A DNA stretch of 64,000 nucleotides, taken from the NCBI RefSeq assembly GCF_006345805.1, contig NC_043024.1:372001-436000 (forward strand), given 5' to 3'. The notes below the pieces were generated by a model. It did not search any database. It saw nothing but the letters and a program-made list of their open reading frames with translations, and had not been told where the DNA came from. The position numbers were made by a program, and so were the translations under genes. This DNA comes from Octopus sinensis. Lineage: Eukaryota. This document shows, piece after piece, positions 49,275 through 62,869 of the stretch (position 1 is its first letter; every line of letters starts with the position of its first letter).

Positions 49275-49277
<3 letters not shown>
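48945..49277 (+). mobile_element. CR1-type LINE extreme 3' end with tandem tail
   Basis: FKKSLDKFLQTVPDKPPTPGYVSANNNSLLEW followed by a (ttctaag)n tail. Confidence 0.75.
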
Positions 49278-49306
<29 letters not shown>

Positions 49307-49331
49307 TTTATACATATATATATACATATAC

Positions 49332-49362
<31 letters not shown>

Positions 49363-50147
49363 TATATATATACATATATATATATTATATATACATATAT
49401 AATTACACATATATATATTATATATACATATATAATATATATATATATACACCCACATATACATATATATACATATACATATATATACATATCACATATA
49501 TATACATATACATATATATTACATAATATACATATACACATATATATAACAATACACATATATTACATATACATATATATATACATATATATATATACAT
49601 ATATATATACATATACAGGGTCTCGAGGAGATAGTGTTAGTTGAAGGTTACCAAACCTGGCGTCACAGACAACTTCAGCTTTATATAGAGAGAGATAACA
49701 CACCACATTAATACACATACCTAGAACACACCCACACCCACACACACATGTATGTATGTATGGATGTATATATGTACATCTGTTCACTTCTCGCCATATT
49801 TTTATCCTTCACTTCCTACACACACACACTCACACACCTTATTAGCTTACAATTTCTTTCTGTCAACAATTGACAACAGAAGTACGCTCACCGATTAATA
49901 CTACCAAACTTTAACGACAGAAAGTAAATTAAAAACCAATTTACCTTTTCTGTATTGTTATGGCAATTTGACCGTCGGTGTGTTTTTGCAAATGTGTTCG
50001 AATGAGAAGTGAGTTGTGTTTGGCGCCTTTTTTACTAATAACAAACACACACGTGTGTGTTTGAGTGTTTGTATGTAGTTGTTTGAAACGTTTGAACTTC
50101 CCGAAAAAAATGTTTGCGTGTCTATGTGTGTGTACACTGCAAAGAGA

Positions 50148-50247
50148 NNNNNNNNNNNNNNNNNNNNNNNNNNNNNNNNNNNNNNNNNNNNNNNNNNNNN
50201 NNNNNNNNNNNNNNNNNNNNNNNNNNNNNNNNNNNNNNNNNNNNNNN
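50148..50247. other. Assembly gap (100 N)
   Basis: Run of N. Confidence 1.
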
Positions 50248-50263
50248 TATATATATAGATATA

Positions 50264-50303
<40 letters not shown>

Positions 50304-50772
50304 CACACAAACACATACACACACGTACATATGCATGTGTGTGTGTGTGGTAATGTATCATAAGGATATTTGGCATTGCCAAGGAAACCAAATATTCAGA
50401 CATTCTGGGATATGCACATTGGTGTCTTATCTTGTAACAATTGCTTCTTTTTTTTTCTCCTTCCATTTTCTTTCATTTCCATTCTCTGTCCTCTCTTTAC
50501 TCCATCCTTGTGATGAAGGATTGACGTCTGAACTGGTGAGAAATGGCTATTTTTGTGTCATTCAGTGTGAAACTGACAAGTATAACTTTCATTCCTTTTC
50601 ATATTGTCTTTTCTTTTGCTACTTTCTTAGTTTTATTTTATCAATCTAGCAAATATATATATAAATGTGGTGTGTGTGTATATATATATATATATAGATC
50701 AAGTAGGTACTGTAAGTTTAGAGTGAATATTTGATAAGTCTAAGCACCTGTGTATGTCAGATATTGGCAGAG

Positions 50773-50806
<34 letters not shown>

Positions 50807-51406
50807 CTCAAGATTTGACAGTATCAAGTTTTTCAAAAGTAAAATCACCAAGGTAGAGTCAGGGATAGTGCACCTGTGTACCAACAATGTATACTAATGT
50901 ATAAAGATTCCCTTTGGTCATGAATGACCGTGGAATTGCAGCAAGAAAGTTCCCTTCTGAGGCACAAGTCTAGACAAGGTTGTCTATGGAAGACCTGCAG
51001 TCATCCGTGTAATACTAGCCTCTCCTCTCCTTGCCACTGATGTTATCCAAGGGAAAGGTAAAGATTGATATAGCTTGACATTGGTGATGTCACAACTCAT
51101 TTCTACAGCTGAGTTAACTGGAGCAACGTGAAATAACACAGCCTGGTCTAGGAATTGAACACATTATCCGTGGCTGTGAACCCAATGCTCTAACCACTGA
51201 GCCATGCGCCTTCACCAACATATACGTACTTATTAAAGTAAATATGGATTTGTCCTTCCAGTTATGCATACATTCACAGGTAACTGACTGAATATACGAG
51301 GTAACATCAAAGTCACACAGGATTACACTCATTCCAGGTATTCCACTGTTGACTTTGTACTTCAGATCCAAACGAATGGAAAATTCTGCGTCAGGTGAAG
51401 AATTAA

Positions 51407-51840
51407 TATTTACAGATAGGTAGCAGTTCACTACAGCTGTTTCAGATGTGTTTTTTAATGATGGACAAAAGTGTTACATCTTGCAAAAAAATGTTTTTGT
51501 CAGGTGAATAATTAAGAATTAGAAATTCTCACAAAACAGAATATAGTGCCATATGACTCAACTGATCTGATGTCAGCAGGTGAATACAGGTAAGAATTAA
51601 CAATTAAAACTTCTTGCAAAACAGAACACAGTCCCATATGACTCAAGTAACCTGCCAAAATGAGGTCAGTTGAGTTATATGGCACTATATTCTGTTTTGT
51701 GAGAAGTTCTAATTGTTAATTCTTACCTGTATTCACCTGATGAGATGGTTTTTTTTTTTACATGATGTAAAACTTCTATTCACCAATAAAAAACACGTCT
51801 GAAACAGCTGTAGTGAACCAAAATCCATCTCTGTTATTAT
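51407..51840. mobile_element. Foldback element with an internal repeat of about 85 bp (two direct copies, one inverted)
   Basis: gttcactacagctgtttcaga / tctgaaacagctgtagtgaac; caggtgaata..caaaacagaatatagtgccatatgactcaac occurs three times. Confidence 0.8.
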
Positions 51841-51887
51841 ATACATATATAAATATATATACAGACGTGTGTGTGTGTGTGTGTGTA

Positions 51888-52862
51888 CAAGACGACCCAA
51901 AAAATGTATACACACTTTAAACAATTTTAAATTAGGTGTTTAGTAAAATACATTTCATTTTCAAAATTTAATAGAATCTACAGACATTATTTTATTGTTT
52001 TGTCAATGTCTGTTTTCAAACTGATGTCCAATCTGGTCCAGGCACTGCTGACAAAGTGAAGCAATATAATCGTAAACATTACGAAACAATTCGTTTGGTA
52101 TTTGTGTGCATTCTTGTTCAATGGCTGCTCTCAAATCAGTGACTGTTGCAGGTTTCATAGCATAGACTTTGTCTTTTAGGTATCCCTATAAAAAAAAAGT
52201 CTAGCAGTGTGAGGTCTGGTGAACACAGCATGTATTCATTGAAACCCCTTCATTTGACAAGATCTCACCAAGGAAGGATCTAACGTCACGATGGTAGTGT
52301 GGAGTGCACCATCTTGCTGAAAATCAAACTCCTCATCTTCAAAGTCTTCTCTAATGCTTGACATGAGAGACTGTTGCAGCAAGTTCAAGCAAACGGGACC
52401 AAACACAGTAGCATCAAAAGAGAATGGTCCAATTAATCCTCTTGGTGGTAAGCCACATCACACTGTAATTCCTGGTAAATTATCATGCTGTTCCACCATA
52501 ACATGCGGATTCTCAGGTCCCCAGTAGGTGCAATTGTGGCGGTTAATTGAACCATTTAATTTGAATGTGGCCTCATCACTCCACACAATCTTTGTTGGTA
52601 AGTGTGCATCTTCTGCAAATCGTGTCAAGTACTACTCACAATACTGCACTCTTTGGTCTGGATCATCATCATTAATAGCATAGATGGACAAGTCTTGGAA
52701 CGTAACTTTTCCCACTTCCAGTAACGTTTTGGAATGAATTTCTTTTGCTCAAAGGTTAGTCTGACTGCCATCATTAATTCCAATGAGTTTAATTTGGAAA
52801 GAAAAAACATCAATTGAGTTATCAGCTGCTAAAGTGTGTATACATTTTTTGGGGACACCCTG
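51888..52862 (-). mobile_element. Decayed rosa/DD41D-like Tc1/mariner-superfamily transposon
   Basis: TA flanks; TIR CAGGGTGTCCCCAAAAAATGTATACACACTTTA; remnants [51 protein letters not shown]. Confidence 0.85.
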
Positions 52863-52873
52863 TATATATATGT

Positions 52874-52921
<48 letters not shown>

Positions 52922-52947
52922 ATATGTGTGTGGTGTGTGTGTGTGTA

Positions 52948-53377
52948 TTGAGAAAAGAGGAGGCCACCAGAGTTTTGGAAAAAGCATTTTTTTATTTAGT
53001 CATTGTTATTAGTGCTTTCATTCGTTTTTGAACTTGTCAAAATTTTTTGTGAATATACAAACAGGTTGTTTATTTATATAAAACAGATATTTTTTGTTTT
53101 ATTTAGAAGAGGAGAACATTGGTTTTATTTTGTTTTTTTTGGGGGGGGTGAGGTTCCAGAACACTGGAACCTCACCCAAAAACACAAAATAACAAAAACA
53201 ATGTTCTCCTCTTCTAAACAAAACAAAAAAAAAACACCTGATTTATATAAACTAAGTAACTGTTTGCACATTCACAATTTTATTTGACAAGTTCGAAAAA
53301 TGAATGAAAGCTCAAATAAAAATGACTAAATATAAAAATTATTTTTCCAAAACTCTGGCAACCTCTTCTTTTTTCAA
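52948..53377. repeat. Long foldback with about 210-bp arms and a 4-nt loop
   Basis: Centre gggtgaggttccag-aaca-ctggaacctcaccc; outer ccagagttttggaaaaa / tttttccaaaactctgg. Confidence 0.9.
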
Positions 53378-53715
53378 CATTCAATATCCATCTATCTATC
53401 TATACACACACACACACACATATATATATTATATATATATAATATATATATATATACAGAATATGATGGGTTTAGTTCACTGGAGATCTAAATGAATAGG
53501 TACGCTGAGTAAGTGCTATAATTGGTCATCTGTTAGGTTCCAAGTTCACAGCAGAGACTGGAGCCAGGGATCTGTATCAGGCTTTCGAGTTGGCAGGTAT
53601 ATATTACATCAGAGGAAAAAGGACAACAAAAACCAAGGCAGGACAGTATTTTCAAAATACAAAATGGCTGATCATTAGTAAGGAAAGACACACAAATAAG
53701 AAAGAAGAAAGCAAA

Positions 53716-53760
53716 GGACCACTGATGAGGTCACAGAAGTGTGACGAAAGAACTCTGGCC
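53716..53760 (+). ncRNA. Minimal type I hammerhead ribozyme motif (Penelope-like)
   Basis: CCA-CTGATGA-G-GTCAC-agaagt-GTGAC-GAAA-G-aa-C-TC/TGG: complete core, 5-bp stem II, stem I CCA/TGG, CUC cleavage triplet. Confidence 0.65.
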
Positions 53761-54949
53761 AAAATATGATTAATGTAAAAAATAAAATAAAGCTGAAGCA
53801 AATTAACACCAGATATAGTGTGTGTGTTTTATTGGCTAAACTGGCAACATGACCATCCCTAAATACAACAATATCTGTTTCAACACACGATTTCAGATCA
53901 AGAATCTCACAAAACGAATATATAGACGTATATATGTGTGTGCATGTGTGTGTGTATGTATTTTATGGAGGTATATATATGTATGTGTATACACGTACAG
54001 AAGCAAGCAATCAGAAAGGCAAATACGTGAATAAAAAAAGGGATGGATAGATGGATTGGTGGCTGGTTGGCTTTCTGGCTGGTTGGATAATCACAGGCCT
54101 CTCTGTTCCTTTAAAGAAAATCCAAGTTTATAATTTTAATTGAAACATATTTTCATTTTTGATATTCCATACGCAACAGGTACACACTTACACACACACA
54201 TGCAGACATACTCACGTACATACAAATACACACACAAACACATTCATACACACACTCTGAAACACATACTCACATGCACTCAGGCACACTCATACAGATA
54301 TATACACACACACACAAGGACATACTCGCATGCATGCCCACACACACATACACTTACATTCAGTTATAGTCACACACTTTATATACACATACACTCACAC
54401 TTTCACACACATATATACACATACACACACACTCACACACTTTATACACACACTCTCACATGCACTGACAAACACACATGTATACAGACATATGCAAACA
54501 CACACATGTACACATACACTTTATACACATACACTCTCATATGTACACACACACACAGTTCAGATTATTAGAAAATCATTCCCACCATTAAAAATAAAAT
54601 ATGGTAAGAAAAAAAGGTTCCAACAAATTTCATTCTTTTGCTAAGCTGCAATTGAACTGGAAGTGAGAAACGGCAAGGAATGGAATGGTAAATTAAAACA
54701 TTTCCTTACCAAACACACAAAAATAAAAAACACTCAAGACAAAAATCTAAGGTAAAGATCATTTGAACTCGTTAAAAATCTAAATGCAGTTAAGTATTTT
54801 TTTTGTGTGTGTGAGCTTTTTTGCATTTCTGTTTTATTTCTCAAAAACATGGCTGAAAGCAATGACATGATTAAACAGCTTCTGAAAAAAAATTTCTAAG
54901 TAGGTAGCTTCAGAGGAAACTGGCACATCTGCACACATGCACTAAGTAC

Positions 54950-55412
54950 ACACATATTTACAAGTGTGTATGTGTTTTATATACATATATGTACGTATAT
55001 ACATATAACATATATATATACACACACACACACATATATATATATATATGTGTGTGTGTGTATATATATATATATAATATATATATATATATATACACAC
55101 ACATATATATACGTATGTACATACATATATGTTATATACACACACATATATATACACACAACACATATATATATATACACACACACACACACACCACATA
55201 TATATACACACACACACACACATACACACACACATACATATACACACATACATATACACACACACACAACATATACACACACACATACATATTACACACA
55301 CACACACATATACATATATACACACACACACAATACATATATACACACACACACCACATATATATACACACACCACACACACACATATATACACACACAC
55401 ACACACATATAT

Positions 55413-55452
<40 letters not shown>

Positions 55453-55746
55453 CACATATATACACACACACACACACATATTATATACACACACACACAT
55501 ATATATATACACACACACAACATATATATTACACACACACACACACATATTACACACACACACACACAACACATATATATATACACACACACACACACAA
55601 TATATATACACACACACACACACACATATATATACACACACACACACACATATATATACCACACACACACACAATATATACACACACACACACACATATA
55701 TATACACACACACACACACACACATATATACACACACACACACATA

Positions 55747-55779
<33 letters not shown>

Positions 55780-55978
55780 ACATATATACACAACACACAC
55801 ATATATATATATATACACACACACATATATATATATATACACACACACATATATATATATACACACACATATATATATATATACACACACACATATATAT
55901 TATATACACACACACATATATATATATATACACACACACATATATATATATATACACACACAATATATATATATATAT

Positions 55979-56021
<43 letters not shown>

Positions 56022-56121
56022 CATATAAATGTATATATATATATATACACATACATATATACACACACATATATATTATATATATATATACACACACACA
56101 TATATATATATATACACACAC

Positions 56122-56159
<38 letters not shown>

Positions 56160-56344
56160 CATATAAATGTATATATATATATACACATACATATATACAC
56201 ATACATATAAATGTATATATATATATACACATACATATATACACATACTTATAAATGTATACATACATATATACACATACATATATACACATACATATAC
56301 ACACATACATATATACACATACATATATACACATACATATATAC

Positions 56345-56395
<51 letters not shown>
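54950..56395. repeat. About 1.45-kb compound (CA)/(TA) microsatellite tract
   Basis: Almost only alternating CA/TA; source of the long spurious ORFs. Confidence 0.98.
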
Positions 56396-56396
<1 letters not shown>

Positions 56397-56404
56397 CGCA
56401 TGTA

Positions 56405-57300
56405 TACATAGTTGAAATTTACAGAAAAACAAAAGACGAAGACAGGTGTATGAACAAGCCGTTGTATTAGTTTGTCACTCGGGAAGGTGAGAAAGTTTTA
56501 CATTTCGAGCCTACGCTCTTCAATAGAAAGGAACACACACACACACACCACATATATATACGTATGTACATACATACGTACATATGTATGTATGTATAGG
56601 TATATATATATATATACATATATGTATGTGGTGATTTGACATCTATTTTTAGTATATAGGATTCTACTTTAGTGGTCATTCCTCTTATTAATTGTAATAT
56701 AATTTTTAAATCTTTGGATTTTTTTGAATATGCTAGACCACTGATTAAAATTAATGTTAATTTATATTAATTCTAATAATCTGAATTATTAGGCGCAGGA
56801 GTGGCTGTGTGGTAAGCAGCTTGCTTCCCAACCACACTGTTCCAGGTTCAGTCCGACTACGTGGAATCTTGGGCAAGTGTTTTCTACTATAGCCTCAGAC
56901 CGACCAAAGCCTTGTGAATGGATTTGGTAGACGGAAACTGAAAGAAGCCTGTTGTATATATGTATGTGTGTGAGCTTGATATCAATGCTGGTGTGTTTAT
57001 GTCCCTGTAACTTAGCAGTTCGGCATAAGAGACCAATAGAATAAGTACTAGGCTTACTAAGAATAAGTCGATTTGCTCGACTAAAGGCAATGCTCCAGCA
57101 TGGCCGCAGTTAAAATGACTGAAACAAATAAAAGAATATCAATTTCTACCCACATTATTTAATATATGTGTATGTATATACATATATAGTTGAAATTTAC
57201 AGGAAAACAAAAGACAAAGACAGGTGTATTAGTTTGACACTCAGGAAGGTGAGAAAGTCTTTTATGTTTCAAGCCTATGCTCTTCAACAGAAAGGAACAC
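56405..57300 (-). mobile_element. Two copies (about 56405-56535 and 57185-57300) of a Penelope-like terminal module with a variant hammerhead core
   Basis: Minus strand CTTT-CTGTTGA-A-GAGC-atag-GCTT-GAAA-CA-TA/AAAG; shared tagttgaaatttacag..aaagac.aagacaggtgta. Confidence 0.55.
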
Positions 57301-57726
57301 AAGGAAATAAGCAGAGAGAGAATTAAAAAAAAACTTGTGGAGTTAGCGGTCAATCATGGCAACTAGTTGGACAAAGGTAGTTAGACAGGAGAGCAAGGGA
57401 GAAGGGGAGATAATATAGTACTCAAAACAAAGGTGCACGTGTGGATAGGGGCTAGTGACTTTGACATGTGGATGTATGCATGTGTGTGTGTCTAATGGAT
57501 AGGTGAGTGGATGATGGTGTGGGTGCTGGGAAGTGGTCAGTGCTTGTGTGTGCAGAGTGGTGTGGGATGGTGTGATATGGTGTGGTGTGACGGTGTTGGG
57601 GTGTGGGGATGTAAGGGTGGGGTGTTGGTTTGGGGTGAGGATGTGGGGTGGGGAATACGAAACTTATAATGGCTCACATTTAATTTCTGTGTTTATTAAA
57701 ATATGTATCCATACATATATATATAT

Positions 57727-57758
<32 letters not shown>

Positions 57759-58861
57759 GATAGAGATAGACAGACAGACAGATAGATAGACAGAGAGATA
57801 GATATATATGTCTGTATTTATCTGTCAATCTATCTATGTATTTGTGTGTGTGTGTGTGTGCGTATATATATATATATATTATATATATATATATATATCA
57901 TCATCATCAATATCATTGTTTAATGTCTACATTCTATGCTGTCATGGACAGTTTGACATGAGCTGACCAGGAAGAAGACTGCACCAGACTTCTGTGTCTG
58001 TTTTGGCATTTTTATTTTTTTGTGTTTGTTCCTCACCACAACTTGACAACCAGTGTTGGTGTTTTTACATCCCCATAACTTAGCAGTTCAGCAGAAGAGA
58101 CCAATAGAATAAAAACCTGGCTTTAAAAAAAATAAGTTCTGGGGTAATTTCATTCAAAAGATTGGTAAAAGATTAAAAGATTAGATGGATTAATGTTTGT
58201 AGAATTTGGATAATTTGCGAGAAATAAGTAGATAATAGAAGTAGACACATTAATTTACTGATCTTCGTGTTTGGAACATTAATTTCACTTATTGTCTTTC
58301 TGTATTTAATATCATTCTGTTTGATGGACGGCACAGATATTGTCTTTTATTCCAGAGTCATGCCAGTAGCCAACTTGTTGGTTATTGGCTTGGAATGTTT
58401 CATGTGGTTCAGTTTTCCTATTCTTACACACATACAACACCCAAATACATATACGTACATATCTCTTTAAACATAGAAGCACACATACGTTGTGAATGCT
58501 TTTAGTTTGACGTCTTTTTCTGTCTCCTTTTCTCTCCCCCACTTTCTCTCTCTCTCTCCCTCTACAATTTCCCCATGTTGCTATCTGTCTCTCTATTTTG
58601 CCTTCCTCTCTCTCTCTCTTTCTTTTCATTTCTTCTCTGTTGCTCTCCATCTCTCTCTCTCTGTCCTCTACCACTTTTTCTCCTCCCTCCCACTGCCACA
58701 TGATCCATGGATTGAACTCAAAACCTCTAGGTAACTGCACAGCATTAACCAGTGCCTTTATCCACCACCGCTTTGCCTGCAGGCAGTGTCAGAGTCAATT
58801 GTTTCAAAAGGCTTACTTATGTTAGCTCCAAACCAATTGGAAGTATACAAATGTACAATTA

Positions 58862-58904
<43 letters not shown>

Positions 58905-59240
58905 ACGTGCGCACTTGTGTGGAATATGTCCAATATGGATCTGGAAAGCCCATAGTTCAATTCACAGCTTACTACAGATTCTTGTGTAGAGTGGTTATGT
59001 TTATCAATAGCAAAAAGGCCCTGAGGAGAGAGAGAGAGAGCTCATCTAATTTGAAGCTACTGGCATTTCTTCCAGTTCTATGCTCCTAAGTTCAAATGCC
59101 ACCAAAGTCAACTCAGCCTTTTATCTTTTCAGGGTCAATGAAATAAATATCATGAGAGCACTGCAATCAAAATAATCAACCAGCTCCCTCCCGCCAAAAA
59201 ATTTCAGTCCTTCTGCCTATAATAGAAAGAAATATTATTA

Positions 59241-59274
<34 letters not shown>

Positions 59275-60449
59275 CAATGAATGCATTGCCTAGTGGCTAG
59301 GGTGTTGCATGGTTTCAATTCCTAGATCAGACAGCGTTGTGTTCTTGTGCAAAACATTTCTTCCCACGTTGCTCTGTTATCACTTTAACACATGACATGT
59401 GGCATGCTGTACACCTGTTCAGGTAACAGTGATTTGATGGAGAGAGTGAGGTAATGTGTGGCACATACATTTGATCACTATAAGCAAATCATTTGTGCAG
59501 GGAAACTCAGCAAAAGCTGAATGCTCATATGTTGCCTTCAACGGGAGAGTCCATTGTTATATACAAAGATTACAGAGGTTGTTCAAATCCATAATGCATC
59601 TTCGTTAGTTTGGTCTGAAAATTTTACAAATTATCAGATTAATTATTTTGTTGATTCTAGAATATTCTTTAATCATTATTGCTTCACATTCATATTTTAT
59701 TAACTTTGTTAATTCTCTTTTAAATCATCCTTCTTTTGTATCCTACCAAGGGTCAACTTTTCCTTTCTCCAAGGTTCTCAAAAAAACAAAAGTAAAAAAA
59801 ATAAAAACAAAAGTACCTATCATGAACTGGGGATTAATGTAATCAACCATTCGTTAACCCAACTCATCTTGGAAGCCTTTCTTTCCTTTTGAAAGAAATC
59901 TGTTATGGAAGTGCAATATGGTAATGAAGAAGATGTAAGCAATCGCTGTTTACAGAGTGGTTACTTGACCCCTGGAAGGGGATCCCCATCATTTACATGT
60001 GAGAAGACTATGAAATGGATTAGCCATGGAACAACAACAACAACAGCCATAACAATAGCAACAACAATATGAACCGTTTATAAATTATGTATGAGGACAG
60101 TTGATTGACTGACAAAGTTTATAGTTGAAGCAGAATTGATATGAGGGTGGTGGGTGGATGGATGGTGGGAACTGTTGCTGAGAGCTAGCGGTGAGAGTAG
60201 AGACATACAGGTTTTATTAAAATAAACAGAATACAAGAGTGAGGTATGATAAGATATATCAAATTATCATATCAATATACACACGTGTGCACACGCATGC
60301 GTGTGTGTGCATCTAACCAATTTAAAGAGAGGACATGGTGATACTATGCATATATACACATACTGTGTATATTCATGCACAAGTGTATGCAGATGGAAGT
60401 GTGCATGCAACTGAATACTTCTGCTTGTGTAGCTATGTTTATATGTACA

Positions 60450-60498
<49 letters not shown>

Positions 60499-60564
60499 TC
60501 AAATATATATATTCATACATGCTTATATATACATATCTATATAAATATATCTATATAAATGTAT

Positions 60565-60597
<33 letters not shown>

Positions 60598-61228
60598 CAT
60601 ATGCTTGTGTATATACATATATGTGTATGTGTGTTGGATATATATGGTTATTTGTATGGGTTTATAAAAGGTGTGTATCAACATTTGCGTCTGTTTATAG
60701 TTTGGTGTACTCGTATGTCCACGTGTGTGTCTGCGCGGGGGGTGGGGGTTAGGGAGTATAAAGTCCAGTGTCAAACAGTCAAGTTACTGATAAAATTAAT
60801 TCAAAATCAGGAATCATCTTCCTACACAAGTCATGTCTTCAAGTTGTATGCAATAGGCAACATAATCAGACATGTCACTATGTGAGAATATATATATATA
60901 TATACATAAATGCATGCATACACACACATGCATACACACGCACATGCATACACACACACACATATGTATGTATATGTATGTATCTTCTATCTTGTACTTA
61001 TTTGAATCATGAGACTGCGACCATGCTGGGGCACCACCTTGAAGAATTTTTAGTCAAATGTATCGACCCCAGTACTTACTATTTATAAGCCTGGTACTTA
61101 TTCTTTCAGTCTCTTTTGCTGGACTGCTAAGTTACAGGGACACAAACACACCAGCACCAGTTGTCAAGCAGGAGTGGTGGGACAAACACAGACACAAAGA
61201 TACACACACACAGATAGACATGTATATG

Positions 61229-61474
61229 TATATTAGAAGAAATGAGGTACTCAGAAGATCAGATGGTTTATATTTACAGATATTTATTTGTATATTACAT
61301 TTTTTATATATCATATATATCAGGAACTTAGTTTGATTTGAAAACCCCACTAGAATGGGAGAAAGCGCTAATACATGATCTAAGTTATATGATATATAAA
61401 AAATGTAATATACAAATAAATATCTGTAAACATAAACCATCCGATTTTCTGAGTACCTCATTTCTTCTAATATA
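61229..61474. repeat. Foldback with about 90-bp arms and a roughly 65-nt spacer
   Basis: tattagaagaaatgaggtactcagaa / ttctgagtacctcatttcttctaata. Confidence 0.9.
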
Positions 61475-62869
61475 AAATACCTGTACATCATCTCCAAACC
61501 TTCCAATATATATATATGTATATATATACATACAATGGGCTTCTTTCAGATTCTGTCAACCAAATCCACTCACAAGGCATGGTTCAACACCAAAATATTT
61601 GATACCGAATGGATTTAGCACTAAATCAATGACAACAAAAGAGAGTTCTAAAGCATATAACAAAACACCTCTAACTCTGATGGTAATCTATATATATATA
61701 TGTGTATATATACACATATATAGACCTTACAACGAAAAGCAGCCTTCCACAGAACTGTTTACCTCACTACTTTGATTAACAGCAGCTGAAGGACGAGATG
61801 TGTTCTTGTGCCTGTGAAATAGTGTACTGTGAAACATAGTGTAATATAAATATCTCACTTCCAACATAAATACTAGTATGATTTTCTTTCATTTGTACAC
61901 CTGTGTGCATATAAATACACGCAAACATACGTACATAAACACATGTGTTCATACATAATACATACACACACATGCATACATATATCCATACATACACATA
62001 CATACAGGCAGACAGACAGACTTTTGATAAACAAAACTGTACTGTCTGAACTAAGGAAATACTGCAGAAACCTTGTAAAGTGTTATTCTCCACTCAAGAA
62101 ACCTTGTAAAGTCTGATTCTTCATTCAAGACTATTGAAGCGTCTACACTTGACAAAAGTACCTATTATTTAGTTGCTGCCATTGAGAGTCTGGCAAAAAC
62201 CTAGGCAATGATTCTTACACGGCTGAAAACAGAATTATCGTCCCCAATTTTATAAATATTTCAATGGAAATCTTCCAAAGAGATAGTTTTTTTTCTTGTA
62301 ATTCTGTTCATTTTGGCATTAAATCCATTATCGTTTTTACTACAAAAATCAAATGGCTACATGCTAAAGTTAGCAACTGCTAAAGTTACAATGTAACCCA
62401 TAATTTCTAGGCTAAAAATATCTGCCATAGCAAAAAACAGATGGAGTTAATTATATTTTCAACTGGCATAGGAATGGTATTTGGCCAGAAGAAACGTTCA
62501 TATTTCATTGTTATATGTGGAAAACCAGTCCCCGAGACCCAAACCTGTGCATCAATGTCCTCTCTATCTCTCCTCCTCATTATCATCATCATCATTTAAT
62601 GTCTGCCTTCCATGCTGGCATGGAATGAATAGTTTGACAGGAGCTGACCAGACAAGACTTCACCAGACTTCTGCATCTGTTCTGGCATGGTTTTTACAGC
62701 TAGATGCCCTTCCTAACACCAACCACCCAGCAGAGAAGACCGAGTGCTTTTTATGTGGCACCAGCACAGGGGAGGTCAGTTTTAGCATGGTTTTTAAAGC
62801 TGGATGCCCTCCCAAACACCAACCACTTTACGTGACTGAATGTTTTTTACCTGGCACCAGAACTGGTAG

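Noticed and set aside
50500-50545. Possible further hammerhead relic (gtgatga-agga-ttgacg-tct-gaac)
   Set aside because: Both conserved boxes are mutated and no stem I pairing is evident.
54942-56470. Longest ORFs in the track (up to 387 aa)
   Set aside because: They are translations of (CA)/(TA) microsatellite giving YIYI, CVCV and HTHT; no coding signal.
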